Source: Candidatus Latescibacterota bacterium | GTDB lineage: Bacteria; Latescibacterota; UBA2968; UBA8231 | DNA: 64,000 bases | Assembly (NCBI GenBank): GCA_965206595.1 | Contig: OZ242214.1 | Location: forward strand, 5,696,001 to 5,760,000 | Direction of reading: 5' to 3' | In this document: positions 10,478-20,362 of the stretch, piece by piece | Layout: each line of letters opens with the position of its first letter | Position numbering within the stretch: position 1 is the stretch's first letter | Program-made: the position numbers and the translations under genes | Notes under the pieces: generated by a model | Told to the model about the DNA's origin: nothing | Seen by the model: only the letters and a program-made list of their open reading frames with translations | Databases searched by the model: none

Positions 10478-11431
10478 TCAGGCGATGCGGTACGGGACCT
10501 CGCGGCCTTCGAGCCCGGCGAACAGGTTGTCCACCGACATGCGCGACATCGCATCGCGGGTCTGCCTCGTGGCGCTGCCGAGATGGGGGGCGACCACCAG
10601 GTTGCCGAGCGCCAGCAGCGGGTGGTCGCGTGGGAGCGGCTCGGGCTCGGTGACGTCGAGGGCGGCGGCGAAAATGCGCCGATCCGTCAGGGTTTCCAGC
10701 AGGGCGTCGTGGTCGAGCACGCCGCCGCGGGCGATGTTGATCAGGACGGCGGTCGGCTTCATCAGCGCCAGCTCGCGCGCCCCGATCATGCCGCGGGTCT
10801 CGTCGTTGAGGGGCATGCACAGCATGGTGAAATCCGAGGCCGACAGCAGCTCGTCGAGGGAGACCCGGTGAGCCCCGAAGTCCCGCTCCGCCTTTTCGTT
10901 GCGGGTGCGGTTGTGGTAGAGGACGGGCATGTCGAAGGCGACGGCGCGCTTGGCGACCTGGTAGCCGATGCGGCCGAGCCCGACGATCCCCAGGGTCGCC
11001 CCGGTCACCATCTGCCCCAGCAGGATGGCCGGGTCGTAGATGGTGAAGTCCGGGCTCCGGGCGTAATGCTCGCCGCCGATGAGGTTGCGGGCAGCGGCCA
11101 TCATCAGGGTGATCCCCTGGTCCGCGGTTGTGGTGTCGAGCACGCCGGGGGTATTGCCGACCGGCAGGCCGAGCTGCCTGGCCCCTTCGAGGTCTATGTG
11201 ATCGCACCCGACGCCGAAGTTGCTTATCACCCGCAGCTTCGGCATGCGGGCCATGAGGACGCGGTCGACCCACATGTGGCTGTACACGTAGATCGCCGCG
11301 ATCGCGTCGAGATCGGTGTCCGGCTCCGGCTCCGGCCGCGTCCACATCTTTATTTCGCAACGGTCGCCGAACAGGGGAATGATCCCCTCGTAGGGCTCGG
11401 AGTCCGCCTGGAAAAGAACTTGGTAGGCCAT
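10478..11431 (-). CDS. D-2-hydroxyacid dehydrogenase (glyoxylate reductase/D-glycerate dehydrogenase-like)
   Basis: NTPGVL, GLGRIG, INIARGGV, ALDVTEPEP, PHLGSAT. Confidence 0.92.
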   Translation of the reverse strand: MAYQVLFQADSEPYEGIIPLFGDRCEIKMWTRPEPEPDTDLDAIAAIYVYSHMWVDRVLMARMPKLRVISNFGVGCDHIDLEGARQLGLPVGNTPGVLDTTTADQGITLMMAAARNLIGGEHYARSPDFTIYDPAILLGQMVTGATLGIVGLGRIGYQVAKRAVAFDMPVLYHNRTRNEKAERDFGAHRVSLDELLSASDFTMLCMPLNDETRGMIGARELALMKPTAVLINIARGGVLDHDALLETLTDRRIFAAALDVTEPEPLPRDHPLLALGNLVVAPHLGSATRQTRDAMSRMSVDNLFAGLEGREVPYRIA

Positions 11432-11489
11432 CCTCGAATCTCCCGCGTTACCCCCGCGTCAGGCGCGCGGCCATCGCCTCGGCGTCGAC

Positions 11490-11600
11490 GGAGCCTCGAA
11501 GTCGACGGACTTCCCCTTGGCCGAGGCCTCGATGGCGGCGAACATCGCGGCGTTGCTTTAGCTGTTGTCGTCGATGACCGTCGACGGGGGCCTGCCCGGC
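11490..11600 (-). pseudogene. Possible relic of a Gfo/Idh/MocA oxidoreductase C-terminus
   Basis: Translates GRPPSTVIDDNS*SNAAMFAAIEASAKGKSVDF with an in-frame TAA. Confidence 0.35.
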
Positions 11601-11804
11601 GCCGATCATCAGGTTGCGTTAGGTTGCGTTTTTTTCGACTCACTCGTTCCAGGCTGAAGGCCGACGAATATAGGTGGGCTACGGGGGCCAGCAAGAAAGA
11701 GAAAGCCTGACGGGAGCGACCTGCCGGCGTTGACGGAACCGGGGGACGCGCGCAGTTTGGGGCGGACCCGAAACCTGCCGGACTACCATCGATAATCGCA
11801 TGCA

Positions 11805-12620
11805 ATGCTGATTCCCAACCTCCAGGGGCGCTACCATTTCCTCAAGGGGATCGCGCCGTACTCGGCCGGGGTGATCGCCGATCCCGGGTTCGAGATCGTC
11901 CATGTGACCCTGCGCGACCAGGACGTCGAGTGGAGTAACGGGTTCGACCTCATCGAGGCGCGGCTGCGGGCCGCAGGCGTCGAGCGCTCGGCCCTGTGCG
12001 GCGTCGAGCTGCGCTCCCCCGCTCCCTTCACCATGCAGGGGTTCATCTCGTTCAACGAGGGCTACTGTCACGTGCTGAAACAGTGGGGGCTGTACGTCGG
12101 CGACCTGAACCCGGTAGCGCGCACCAACGTCGCGCCTTTGTACTCTCCCCCGGAGTCGCCGATCCTGTACGGGTACTCGTACATCATACCCACCGACGAG
12201 CCGGTGCCCCCGACCCTGGTGATCGCCGGGGCCGGGGAGCTCCGCGACGGCATTCTCGACGAGCAGGGGATTGTCCGCTCCGGTGATACCGGCCCGGAAG
12301 CGATCGCGGAGAAAGCCGCCCTGGTCATGAAGGTGATGGAGGAACGGCTCCACGGACTGGGCGCCCGCTGGGACTTGCTGCATGCGATCAACGTCTACAC
12401 AGTGCACCCTATCGACGACATCGTCGAACGCGTCATCCTCAACCGGCTCGGCCCTGCCCGCAGCCGCGGCATACACTGGCACCGCAGCCGCCCTCCTGTC
12501 GCCGATATCGAGTTCGAGATGGATATGAGAGGGGTTCGGCAGGAACTGTTCAGTCCCTCGGGGTTCGGCCAGTTGCAGTTGAGGGTCCATTCCCCGGCAG
12601 CGCAGTCCGAGCCGACGTAA
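11805..12620 (+). CDS. CnbZ-like (2-amino-5-chloromuconate deaminase-like) protein
   Basis: PYSAGV, ALCGVELRSPAPFT, NPVARTNVAP, RPPVADIEFEMDMRGV. Confidence 0.7.
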   Translation: MLIPNLQGRYHFLKGIAPYSAGVIADPGFEIVHVTLRDQDVEWSNGFDLIEARLRAAGVERSALCGVELRSPAPFTMQGFISFNEGYCHVLKQWGLYVGDLNPVARTNVAPLYSPPESPILYGYSYIIPTDEPVPPTLVIAGAGELRDGILDEQGIVRSGDTGPEAIAEKAALVMKVMEERLHGLGARWDLLHAINVYTVHPIDDIVERVILNRLGPARSRGIHWHRSRPPVADIEFEMDMRGVRQELFSPSGFGQLQLRVHSPAAQSEPT

Positions 12621-12813
12621 CCGCCATCGGCGGGAGCGCGGCCACCTCCAGACCGCGGGGCCACCCCCACCCCGGGTGCGATGCCGGGGTGGGCAGGCGC
12701 CTCGTCCTCCGTAGCGAAACCCTCGACGCGGTTCGGATCGGTTACCCGGACCGCCCATCGTTTTCAGGCCGTCGAGGCGGCCCCTATCTTTTTTCATCCA
12801 AGGAGAACGAACG

Positions 12814-13677
12814 ATGAGACTGGGTGTCTGCGGCATGGTGCCGGGGGACTTTCGCGAGATCGAAGGCTCGCATCTCGAGGCGATCCGCGCCCTCGACCTG
12901 ACCGCGGTGGCGTTTCACGGCGACGGCGAGCGCCTGGCGGAAGTGACCCCGGCGGAGTGCCGTCAGGTTCGCAGCGGGATCGCCACGGCCGGCCTTGAGC
13001 TGCCGCAGTTCGGCATCGGCTTCGGGGAGTGCCTGTTCGATCCCGACGCCGAGGTCAGGCGGCGGGTGCTGGCCAAGATCGAGCGCGGTATCGAGGTCGG
13101 GGTGATGCTGAACGCCCACGCCACCCTGATTCGCACCGGCAGCCTGAACCCGGCCGGCTCCTACAGCCCGGCTCGCGCCAACCACGAGCCCGAGTGCCGG
13201 GAGCGCCTCGTCGACACCCTTGGCCGCGTCGCTCGCAAGGCGGAAGCCGAAGGGATGACCATGGTCATCGAGACGCATCTCCTTACCATCATGAACTCTC
13301 CCGAGACCAACGCGGAGGTGGTCGAGGCCGTGGGCTCGGACCGCATCCGGGTCGTCATGGACTTCGTCAACCACTTCCAGACCCTGACGCAGGTCTTCGA
13401 CAGCACCCCGCGGCTCGAGCACATCTTCGACGTCATGGGGGAGATCGCCCCGGTCGGCCACTTCAAGGATATCCGCGCCGACTCCGGCCTCGTGCTGCAT
13501 CTCAACGAAGAGGTGCCCGGCGACGGCGAGCTCGACCTGGCGACGGCGCTCAGGCGCTGGCACGGGCTGTACCCGGACGGCTACATGCTGCTCGAGCACC
13601 TGCCGGCCGAGAAGTACCCGCGTGCCGCGGCGAACGTGCAACGGATCGCCCGCGAAGCCGGGGTTGAAATTCACTGA
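12814..13677 (+). CDS. Sugar phosphate isomerase/epimerase (xylose isomerase-like TIM barrel)
   Basis: IETH, MDFVNH, HFKD, VPGDGELD, LLEH metal-ligand pattern. Confidence 0.85.
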   Translation: MRLGVCGMVPGDFREIEGSHLEAIRALDLTAVAFHGDGERLAEVTPAECRQVRSGIATAGLELPQFGIGFGECLFDPDAEVRRRVLAKIERGIEVGVMLNAHATLIRTGSLNPAGSYSPARANHEPECRERLVDTLGRVARKAEAEGMTMVIETHLLTIMNSPETNAEVVEAVGSDRIRVVMDFVNHFQTLTQVFDSTPRLEHIFDVMGEIAPVGHFKDIRADSGLVLHLNEEVPGDGELDLATALRRWHGLYPDGYMLLEHLPAEKYPRAAANVQRIAREAGVEIH

Positions 13678-13782
13678 GATCATCACGGAATAATCGGATC
13701 GCGGCGGCGAGGACGTAGAGACCGCGATTCCAGCCGGTGACTCACCTGTCCAGCCGCCTGCCCACACCCTACAGGAGCAGCA

Positions 13783-14979
13783 ATGGTCAAACCTCACGGA
13801 GCGGAGACGCTCAATCCGCGCATTGTAGGCGACGCCGACCGCGCCGGCCTGGAAGCGGAGGCCGCGGACCTTCCCTCGGTGGTCGCCGCCTCGGGCACCG
13901 CGGCCTCCACGGTCATGCTGGCCTCCGGCTACTTCACCCCCTGCGACGGTTTCATGGACCTCGAGGTCGCCCTGTCCGTCGCCGTGGACATGCGGTTCCC
14001 GGAAAACGGGCTGCTGTGGCCGGTTCCCGTCGTCAACATCCTGCCTGCGAGCGAGCTGCCGCAGGGGCTGCAGCCGGGCGGGCGACTGGCCCTGCGCGAC
14101 CCCAACGTCGACGGCCATCCTGTCCTCGCCGTGCAGGATATCGCGGAGATCAGCGAGCTGTCCGCCGAAGACCGGGCGGTCATGATCGAGCACGTCTTCC
14201 GCACCTCAGATCCCGCCCACCCCGGGGTCGCCGCCTTCACGGCGATGGGGGACACCCTGGTCGCCGGGCCGGTCGAGGTCCTCAACTACTCCTACTTCGC
14301 CGCCGACTTCCCCGACACCTTCCGCACCGCCGGCCAGATCCGCGCCGGGTTCGAGGAACGGGGCTGGGAGAAGGTGGTCGCCTTCCAGACGCGCAATCCC
14401 ATGCACCGGGCGCACGAGGAGCTGTGCCGTATGGCCCTGGAAGCGGTCGGGGCCGACAGCCTGCTGATCCACATGCTGCTCGGCAAGCTCAAGCCGGGGG
14501 ACATTCCGGCCGACGTTAGAGACGCGGCGATCCGCAAGATGGTGGAGCTCTACTTCCCCGCCAACTCGGCGATGGTCAGCGGCTACGGCTTCGACATGCT
14601 GTACGCCGGCCCCCGCGAGGCCGTGCTGCACGCCATCTTCCGCCAGAACGCCGGCTGCAGTCACCTGATCGTCGGCCGCGACCACGCCGGCGTCGGCGAC
14701 TACTACGGCGCCTTCGACGCCCAGACCATCTTCGACGAGATCCCCGGAGACGCCCTGGAGATCGAGATCTTCCGCGGGGACCACACGGTCTGGTGCAACG
14801 AGTGCGGCGCCGTCGTGATGATGAGGGACTGCCCCCACGAGTCCGACGCCTACCTCATGCTGTCGGGCACGAAGGTCAGGGAGTTGCTTGCCGCGGGGGA
14901 GGCGCTGCCGCCGGAGTTCGCCCGACCCGAGGTGGCCGGGATCCTGGCGGAGTACTACCAACAGGAGCAGGCCGGCTGA
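13783..14979 (+). CDS. sat: Sulfate adenylyltransferase (ATP sulfurylase)
   Basis: VVAFQTRNPMHRAHE, YAGPREAVLHA, VGRDHAGVGDYY, SGTKVRE, PPEFARPEV. Confidence 0.96.
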   Translation: MVKPHGAETLNPRIVGDADRAGLEAEAADLPSVVAASGTAASTVMLASGYFTPCDGFMDLEVALSVAVDMRFPENGLLWPVPVVNILPASELPQGLQPGGRLALRDPNVDGHPVLAVQDIAEISELSAEDRAVMIEHVFRTSDPAHPGVAAFTAMGDTLVAGPVEVLNYSYFAADFPDTFRTAGQIRAGFEERGWEKVVAFQTRNPMHRAHEELCRMALEAVGADSLLIHMLLGKLKPGDIPADVRDAAIRKMVELYFPANSAMVSGYGFDMLYAGPREAVLHAIFRQNAGCSHLIVGRDHAGVGDYYGAFDAQTIFDEIPGDALEIEIFRGDHTVWCNECGAVVMMRDCPHESDAYLMLSGTKVRELLAAGEALPPEFARPEVAGILAEYYQQEQAG

Positions 14980-15001
14980 GAGCCGTCCGCGGCGGAAGCG
15001 G

Positions 15002-16009
15002 CTACGGTCTCTTCACGGCGCTGTCGCGGCGCTCGTGCATGTTCTTCTCCATGGCCTCCGGGTAGCGGTCCGGCAGGTGGGAGACCGCGTCCAGCCTGTT
15101 TTTGGCCTCGGCCTCCAGAGTCCAGCCGGCGGCCTGCACGTTGTCGGCGAACTGCTCGAAGGTGCGCGCCCCGGCGATGACGGAGGTGACGGCCGGCCGC
15201 TCGAGGACCCAGCGCAGGGCCACCTGCGAGGGCGTCCTGCCGATAGCGGCGGCGACATCGAGCAGGCCCTGCAGCGACTCGTCGGCGTTGGCGGCGAAGA
15301 AATCCTCCGGATAAGCCCAGCCCTCCTCCGACCGCGTTCCCCCCAGGGTGCGTTCGCCCGGGCGGTACTTCCCCGACAGAAACCCGCCTCCCAGCGGGCT
15401 CCAGACCACCACCCCGAGCCCCTTGTGCAGGCAGAGCGGGACCAGCTCCTGCTCGATGTCGCGGACCACGAGGCTGTACTGGGGCTGGAAGCACTCGAAG
15501 CGGGCCCAGCCGTTGGCGTCGCTGATCCACAGCGCCTCGCACAGGCGCCAGGCCTGGTAGTTGCTGCAGGCGGTGTAGCGGACCTTGCCCTGGTGCACGA
15601 GATCGTCGAGGGCGCGCAGCATCTCTTCGAGCGGGGTCTGCGTGTCGACGTGGTGGATGTAGTAGAGATCGACGTGGTCCATGCGCAGGCGGCGCAGGCT
15701 CGCTTCGACGGCCTGCATGATGTGCAGCCGCGACATCCCCGAATCGTTGGGGCCGCTTCCCATCGGGTTGAAGAACTTGGTCGCCACCACGGCGTCGTCG
15801 CGGCGCCCCTCGAGGGCCTTGCCGAGCAGCACCTCCGACTCGCCCTCCCCGTAGGAGTTGGCGGTGTCGAAAAAGTTGACCCCGGCGCCGATGGCGGCGT
15901 CGACGATCCGCCTCGATTCTGCCTCGCCGGTGCCGTGCCCGAAGGTCATGGTGCCGAGGCAGATCTCGGAAACCTTGAGGCCGGTGCGCCCCATTCTCCT
16001 GTATTCCAT
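15002..16009 (-). CDS. Aldo/keto reductase
   Basis: GLKVSEICLGTMTFG, FFDTANSY, SLRRLRMDHVDLYYIH, WSPLGGGFLSGKY. Confidence 0.93.
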   Translation of the reverse strand: MEYRRMGRTGLKVSEICLGTMTFGHGTGEAESRRIVDAAIGAGVNFFDTANSYGEGESEVLLGKALEGRRDDAVVATKFFNPMGSGPNDSGMSRLHIMQAVEASLRRLRMDHVDLYYIHHVDTQTPLEEMLRALDDLVHQGKVRYTACSNYQAWRLCEALWISDANGWARFECFQPQYSLVVRDIEQELVPLCLHKGLGVVVWSPLGGGFLSGKYRPGERTLGGTRSEEGWAYPEDFFAANADESLQGLLDVAAAIGRTPSQVALRWVLERPAVTSVIAGARTFEQFADNVQAAGWTLEAEAKNRLDAVSHLPDRYPEAMEKNMHERRDSAVKRP

Positions 16010-16046
16010 CGCCGAGTCTCCCTGTAAGAATTCCTTCCCCTGACCG

Positions 16047-17111
16047 TCAGCCGCGGTAACGGGCCTCGTCGTCCGGTTCCGCCGCGGCGCCGGAAAGCTC
16101 GACCCCGAGTTTGCGTCCGCACTCCTCCAGTTCCGCCCAGGTAGGCGGCGGAATCTCGATGCCGTGGCGCAGGCGCTCGAGGCGGCTGCGGTGCTCGAAA
16201 TCCCCGGGCACGATCACCTCGTCGAAGCCGGGGGCCGGCGGCGTCGACTTGATGCGGTCGAGAAATGCCCGCGCCGCCTCCCGGTAGGGGCCCAGCGGCG
16301 TCAGGTCGTCGACGTTCATCACCAGCATGACGTGGCCGACGATGCGACCGTCGCCCGCCTCGTTTTCTCCCGACAGCCCGCACAGGAGTCCCACGAGCAG
16401 CGACAGGGCGTATCCTTTGTGGCCGCCGAAGCCAAGCAGGTTTCCGCCCTCGAAGTAGGCTTCCGGGTCGACGCTGGGGTTGCCGTCGCGGTCGACGATG
16501 CAGCCGGCAGGCAGGGGCAGGCCGCGGCTGCGGGCGAGCAGGGCCTTGCTGATGGCGATCCTGCTGGTTGCGTAATCGAGCACGAAGGGCGGGCCGTGCG
16601 AGGTGGGAATCCCCGCGGCGATCGGGTTGGTGCCCAGGGCTCCTTTCGCGCCCCCGTAGGGAAGCGTGCACGAGCCGCTGCCGCCGTAGAGGACGATGCC
16701 GATGAACCCCTCCCGGGCGGCCATCTCTGCGTACTCCCCCAGGCGCCCTATGTGCTGGATGCGGCGGAAGCTGGCGCGGCAGAACTCGTTTTCCGCGGCC
16801 TTCTCGAGCAGCCTCCTCATGCCCCAGCGGGCGACGTAATGTCCGTGGCCGTCGCGGCCGTCGATGACGAGACTGGCAGCCGTCTCCCTGACGACCGCCG
16901 GCTCGGCCGCGGCATCGAGCTGTGCGTCGGCAATCGACTTCAGATACCTCGGCAGATGGAGGACCCCGTGGGAATCGTGGCCCGCGAGGTTGGAGTTCAC
17001 GAGCACTGCGGCGACTACGTCGGCGATGTGCCGCGGCGTGGCCGCGGCCATCAGCAGTCGGCGGATGAGGCCGTGAAGCCCTGGCGCGGACAGTCTTTTC
17101 GGGGGGGACAT
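16047..17111 (-). CDS. Ldh_2 family oxidoreductase (malate/L-lactate/sulfolactate dehydrogenase-like)
   Basis: GHDSHGV, HIGRLGEY, GTNPIA, LDYATS, GGHKGYAL. Start set at ATG 17111. Confidence 0.88.
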   Translation of the reverse strand: MSPPKRLSAPGLHGLIRRLLMAAATPRHIADVVAAVLVNSNLAGHDSHGVLHLPRYLKSIADAQLDAAAEPAVVRETAASLVIDGRDGHGHYVARWGMRRLLEKAAENEFCRASFRRIQHIGRLGEYAEMAAREGFIGIVLYGGSGSCTLPYGGAKGALGTNPIAAGIPTSHGPPFVLDYATSRIAISKALLARSRGLPLPAGCIVDRDGNPSVDPEAYFEGGNLLGFGGHKGYALSLLVGLLCGLSGENEAGDGRIVGHVMLVMNVDDLTPLGPYREAARAFLDRIKSTPPAPGFDEVIVPGDFEHRSRLERLRHGIEIPPPTWAELEECGRKLGVELSGAAAEPDDEARYRG

Positions 17112-17248
17112 TCGCAGTGCTCCCATCAGGTATGGAGTTTGACAATCTCTTCCCGCGGGGCGCCCTTGCCAAATCGTGCCGGCAGGTGGGAAGACCTGGC
17201 AGGGGGAGGATACAGATGGCCGTGGATCGTGTAGATCCTCCGCGGCGG

Positions 17249-17620
17249 TCATCTCCGCGCAAGGAAATGAATAACGGACCCGACGATAGCGCCTACGGCA
17301 CCGCTGAGGGTGAGAACCAGTCCGATCACCTTCCACATTGTTTCAACCCCCATCTTGCCGGTCAACCCGGTGGCGAGAGTCTTGATGTCCTCTGCCTGGC
17401 GGTGCAGATCCTCCTGAACGCTGTGCATAAGCAGATCGACGGTTTCCTTGTCCGATTTTTTCTCCATCTCGTGCTCGATGAGCGTCAGACGAGTCTGAAT
17501 CTCGCGGCGATGATCTTCGAGGATGCCGCGGAACTCGTTGCGCCAAGTGTCGAATGTGTGGGTGAGGAGGCGCTCCCCCTGCTCCCAGTCGAGGTGCGTT
17601 GTGGAATGTGGTTTGTCCAT
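17249..17620 (-). CDS. Hypothetical 123-aa coiled-coil protein with a C-terminal TM helix
   Basis: Charged helical body, then MWKVIGLVLTLSGAVGAIVGSVIHFLARR. Preceded by motif copy A. Confidence 0.65.
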   Translation of the reverse strand: MDKPHSTTHLDWEQGERLLTHTFDTWRNEFRGILEDHRREIQTRLTLIEHEMEKKSDKETVDLLMHSVQEDLHRQAEDIKTLATGLTGKMGVETMWKVIGLVLTLSGAVGAIVGSVIHFLARR

Positions 17621-17721
17621 CGAGGTCTTTCGTTTGAGTGAAAGGCTGACCAACCGGATAGAAGTCCTGACAGCTGTGGAAGTCCCGCGATTAGGCCACC
17701 CCATGCATTAAAAGGGTTACT

Positions 17722-17747
17722 TACCGGATGACAGGAAAAGGTGTCGG
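17722..17747 (-). promoter_or_regulatory. Putative alternative-sigma promoter, copy A
   Basis: Minus strand CCGACAC-cttttcctgtcat-CCGGTA(AG). Confidence 0.6.
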
Positions 17748-17857
17748 GTGTGGCTGAGGCAAAGTGAAGGCCAAAATCGGTGCGTCGGTCCATGAAAAAT
17801 CTCAGGCCGGCTCGGAAGAAAAATGGTGGTGGTCCAGACAAAACTGATGACAATAAA

Positions 17858-18030
17858 CTGGCGCAGGTCGCTTTCGGAAATCGCACTCTCAGGAGGTCTT
17901 TTCATGGGGGTCGCCGTATCCGGAGAATCTGCAACACACAACCAATCCCGAAAATACCGACAAACCCCAAAACCCGCGTAGGTATTTCTTTATATGCTCA
18001 AACTACAACTGCAGGGGACTGAACGGTTAC
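17858..18030 (-). mobile_element. IS66-family left-end remnant
   Basis: Closely matches about 27686-27856, including the terminal ...GGACTGAACGGTTAC and the first codons MKRPPES.ISE.DLRQ. Confidence 0.85.
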
Positions 18031-18045
18031 CAATAAAGAAACCAA

Positions 18046-18071
18046 CCGACATTTTCCCAGATTCTTCGGTA
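18046..18071 (+). promoter_or_regulatory. Putative alternative-sigma promoter, copy B
   Basis: CCGACAT-tttcccagattct-TCGGTA(AG). Confidence 0.55.
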
Positions 18072-18089
18072 AGAATAGGTGAACCTATC

Positions 18090-18612
18090 TCAAAATTGAA
18101 ATTGTTTAAGTAAAATCAAAATGGATGCAAGTTGGACGAAGCCAAGAAAATTCTCCGGATACAATTCCCAGCGAGTGATCACCCGACGCTGCCATTGAAG
18201 CCAAGCAAAGAATCTCTCAACCATCCAACGCCGCACATATCGCCGCAATCGCCGTCCATCCTGAGTCTTTTTCTTGGTCCGATTCTGGCGATGCGGAGCG
18301 ATCATCTCGATCCCGTCTTTCTTAACTACTTCATCCAACCAATCGCTGTCGTACGCTTTGTCACCGATCAAGTTGTCAGGTTGGTCTTCGATCAGGTAAA
18401 AGTCAAAAGTCAACTGAACCAGCGTCACTTCATGATGGTTCGCTGCATGCGTGCTCACCGACAAGGGAGGCCCATTGCCGTCCACGATCCCCATGACCCG
18501 CACCCCCTTACCTCGCTTGGTGTGGCCGATATCGGCACCTCCACCCTTGGCCGCCGAGAACATGCCATCGATGAAAGCCTCCGATTCGTCCAGGCCCCCT
18601 TGCTCGTGAAGT
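18090..18612 (-). pseudogene. IS5-family transposase, C-terminal part
   Basis: FIDGMFSAAKGGG, LIGDKAYDSD, RRWMVERFFAWL. N-terminus missing. Confidence 0.88.
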
Positions 18613-18636
18613 GTCTTTGAATAGAAGTTTTGGGAT

Positions 18637-19245
18637 GTGAACGGACTGTATCTCGATCCCCCAGAAAAGGCCCTGGTCCTGTGTTGCGACGAGAAGTGCC
18701 CGTGTCAGGCGTTGGAGCGCAGTCAGCCGGGCTTGCCTTTGGGCGTGGGGGAGCTTCGCACCAGGACGCACGACTACAAACGCCACGGGACGATCACCCT
18801 GTTTGCCGCGTTGAACTACCTGGACGGCAAGCTCATCGCACGCACCGAGGAGCAGCACACCCACGTGGAGTGGCTGCGCTTCTTGAAACAGATCGACCGA
18901 GAAACCCCGAAGGAGTTGGATCTGCACCTGATCGTCGACAACTACAGCACGCACAAAGAAGACAGGGTCAAACAGTGGCTGTCTCGGCACCCGCGCTTTC
19001 ACCTCCATTTCACTCCGACCGGTTCGTCCTGGTTAAACCTGATCGAACGTTTCTTCGGCGAACTGACGCAGGACGTGATCCGCGATGGCAGCTTCTCCAG
19101 CCTCAAAGCGCTGGTGAAAGACATCGAAAGCTATCTGGCCGAGAGGAACCGGAACCCCAAGCCCTACAAGTGGAAGGCGCGAGGCGAGGACATCCTGCGC
19201 AAGATCCAACGCGCCCGGCAGGCGCTGGAAGCCGAGCAGGGTTAA
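18637..19245 (+). pseudogene. IS630-family transposase, C-terminal part
   Basis: [35 protein letters not shown] region missing. Confidence 0.9.
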
Positions 19246-19270
19246 TTCCTTCTATTTAACGGACACTACA

Positions 19271-20362
19271 TTAGGTTGGTTTTGCCATGCGGTAGCCGAC
19301 GCGATTCGCAGTGAAGATATACGTGGGATTGCGTGCATCGTCGCCCAGCTTCTGACGAATGTCTTTTACATAGCCCCGTACGGCCTGCGGATCGTCCGAG
19401 TGACCCGAACCCCAGACCCGTTCCCCCAATTGACGGTGGGTCAACACCCGCCCGGCGTTGGCGGAAAGCTCGTGTAGCAGCCTGTACTCGGTCGGGGTCA
19501 GCTCAACCTGACGGCCGGCAAGGGTCACGGACCGTTCTTCGTAGTCGATCGTCAGGTTTCCGAGCCGATAGAGTGGCGGCATACCAGCCCGCGGCGGTTG
19601 TGGATCCTCGACTGTTGATTGAGCGTCCAGCCCCTTTCCCTCACCCCCAAGAACCGGGATGCGATGCCCCTGGCCTTTCTTGTCTGCCACGGGAATGGCG
19701 AAGGTGATTCGCGTACTGCCGCCCGTTTCGACGCCCACCGCCCATATCCGGCCGCCATGGGCCTCCACTATGCCCTTGCAGATCGCCAGGCTTAAGAGGC
19801 TGGCTCGTACGTCTTGCTCCCGGTTCTCGGAATCTATCCAAGAGAACTTTTCGACCTGATTCGGGAGGTGCACCGCTGAAATTCCCCTGCTCTCGTCTGC
19901 TACAGAGATCGCCACGAGGAGATCCGCAGCCCAAGCGGTCACCCTGATGGTAGACCCGTGGGGTGAGTACTTGGAGGCGTTGACGAAGAGCCTGTCCAAC
20001 ACTTGCAGGATGCGCTGTTTTTCCGCCATTACCTGGGGAAGGTTCCCCGGAAGATCGACATCGACGGGGTTTCGGGCTCCACTGAGCAGGAAGGTAGACC
20101 TGGCGTGGTCGACCAAGGCGGGGACATCAGTTGGCTCAGTTACAAATGAGAGATCTCCGGCCTCGACTTGGGTCATGTCGAGAAGGTCGTTGATCAGGCT
20201 GCGCAGAAGGTTGGCCTGATCGTCGATGATTTGAAATAGATGACGCGTCTCCACAGGGTCGGGTGGAGATGAGGCGGTGAGCGCCATGGTCGTCGAACCC
20301 TTGATGGTGGAAAGCGGAACCCGCAGCTTTTGGCTGACCTTGGAGAGGAACTCTGAACGCAT
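19271..20362 (-). pseudogene. Degenerate histidine kinase fused to an OmpR-type winged helix (KdpD/KdpE-like)
   Basis: H-box reads VSQKLRVPL (His lost), NASKYS, eroded G boxes, GIVEAHGGRIW, then LTPTEYRLL..RVGYRM. No receiver domain. Confidence 0.7.

Noticed and set aside
17956-17982. CCGACA...CGTAGG inside the IS66 remnant as a motif copy
   Set aside because: Wrong spacing and wrong second half-site; it is part of the IS end also seen near 27784.
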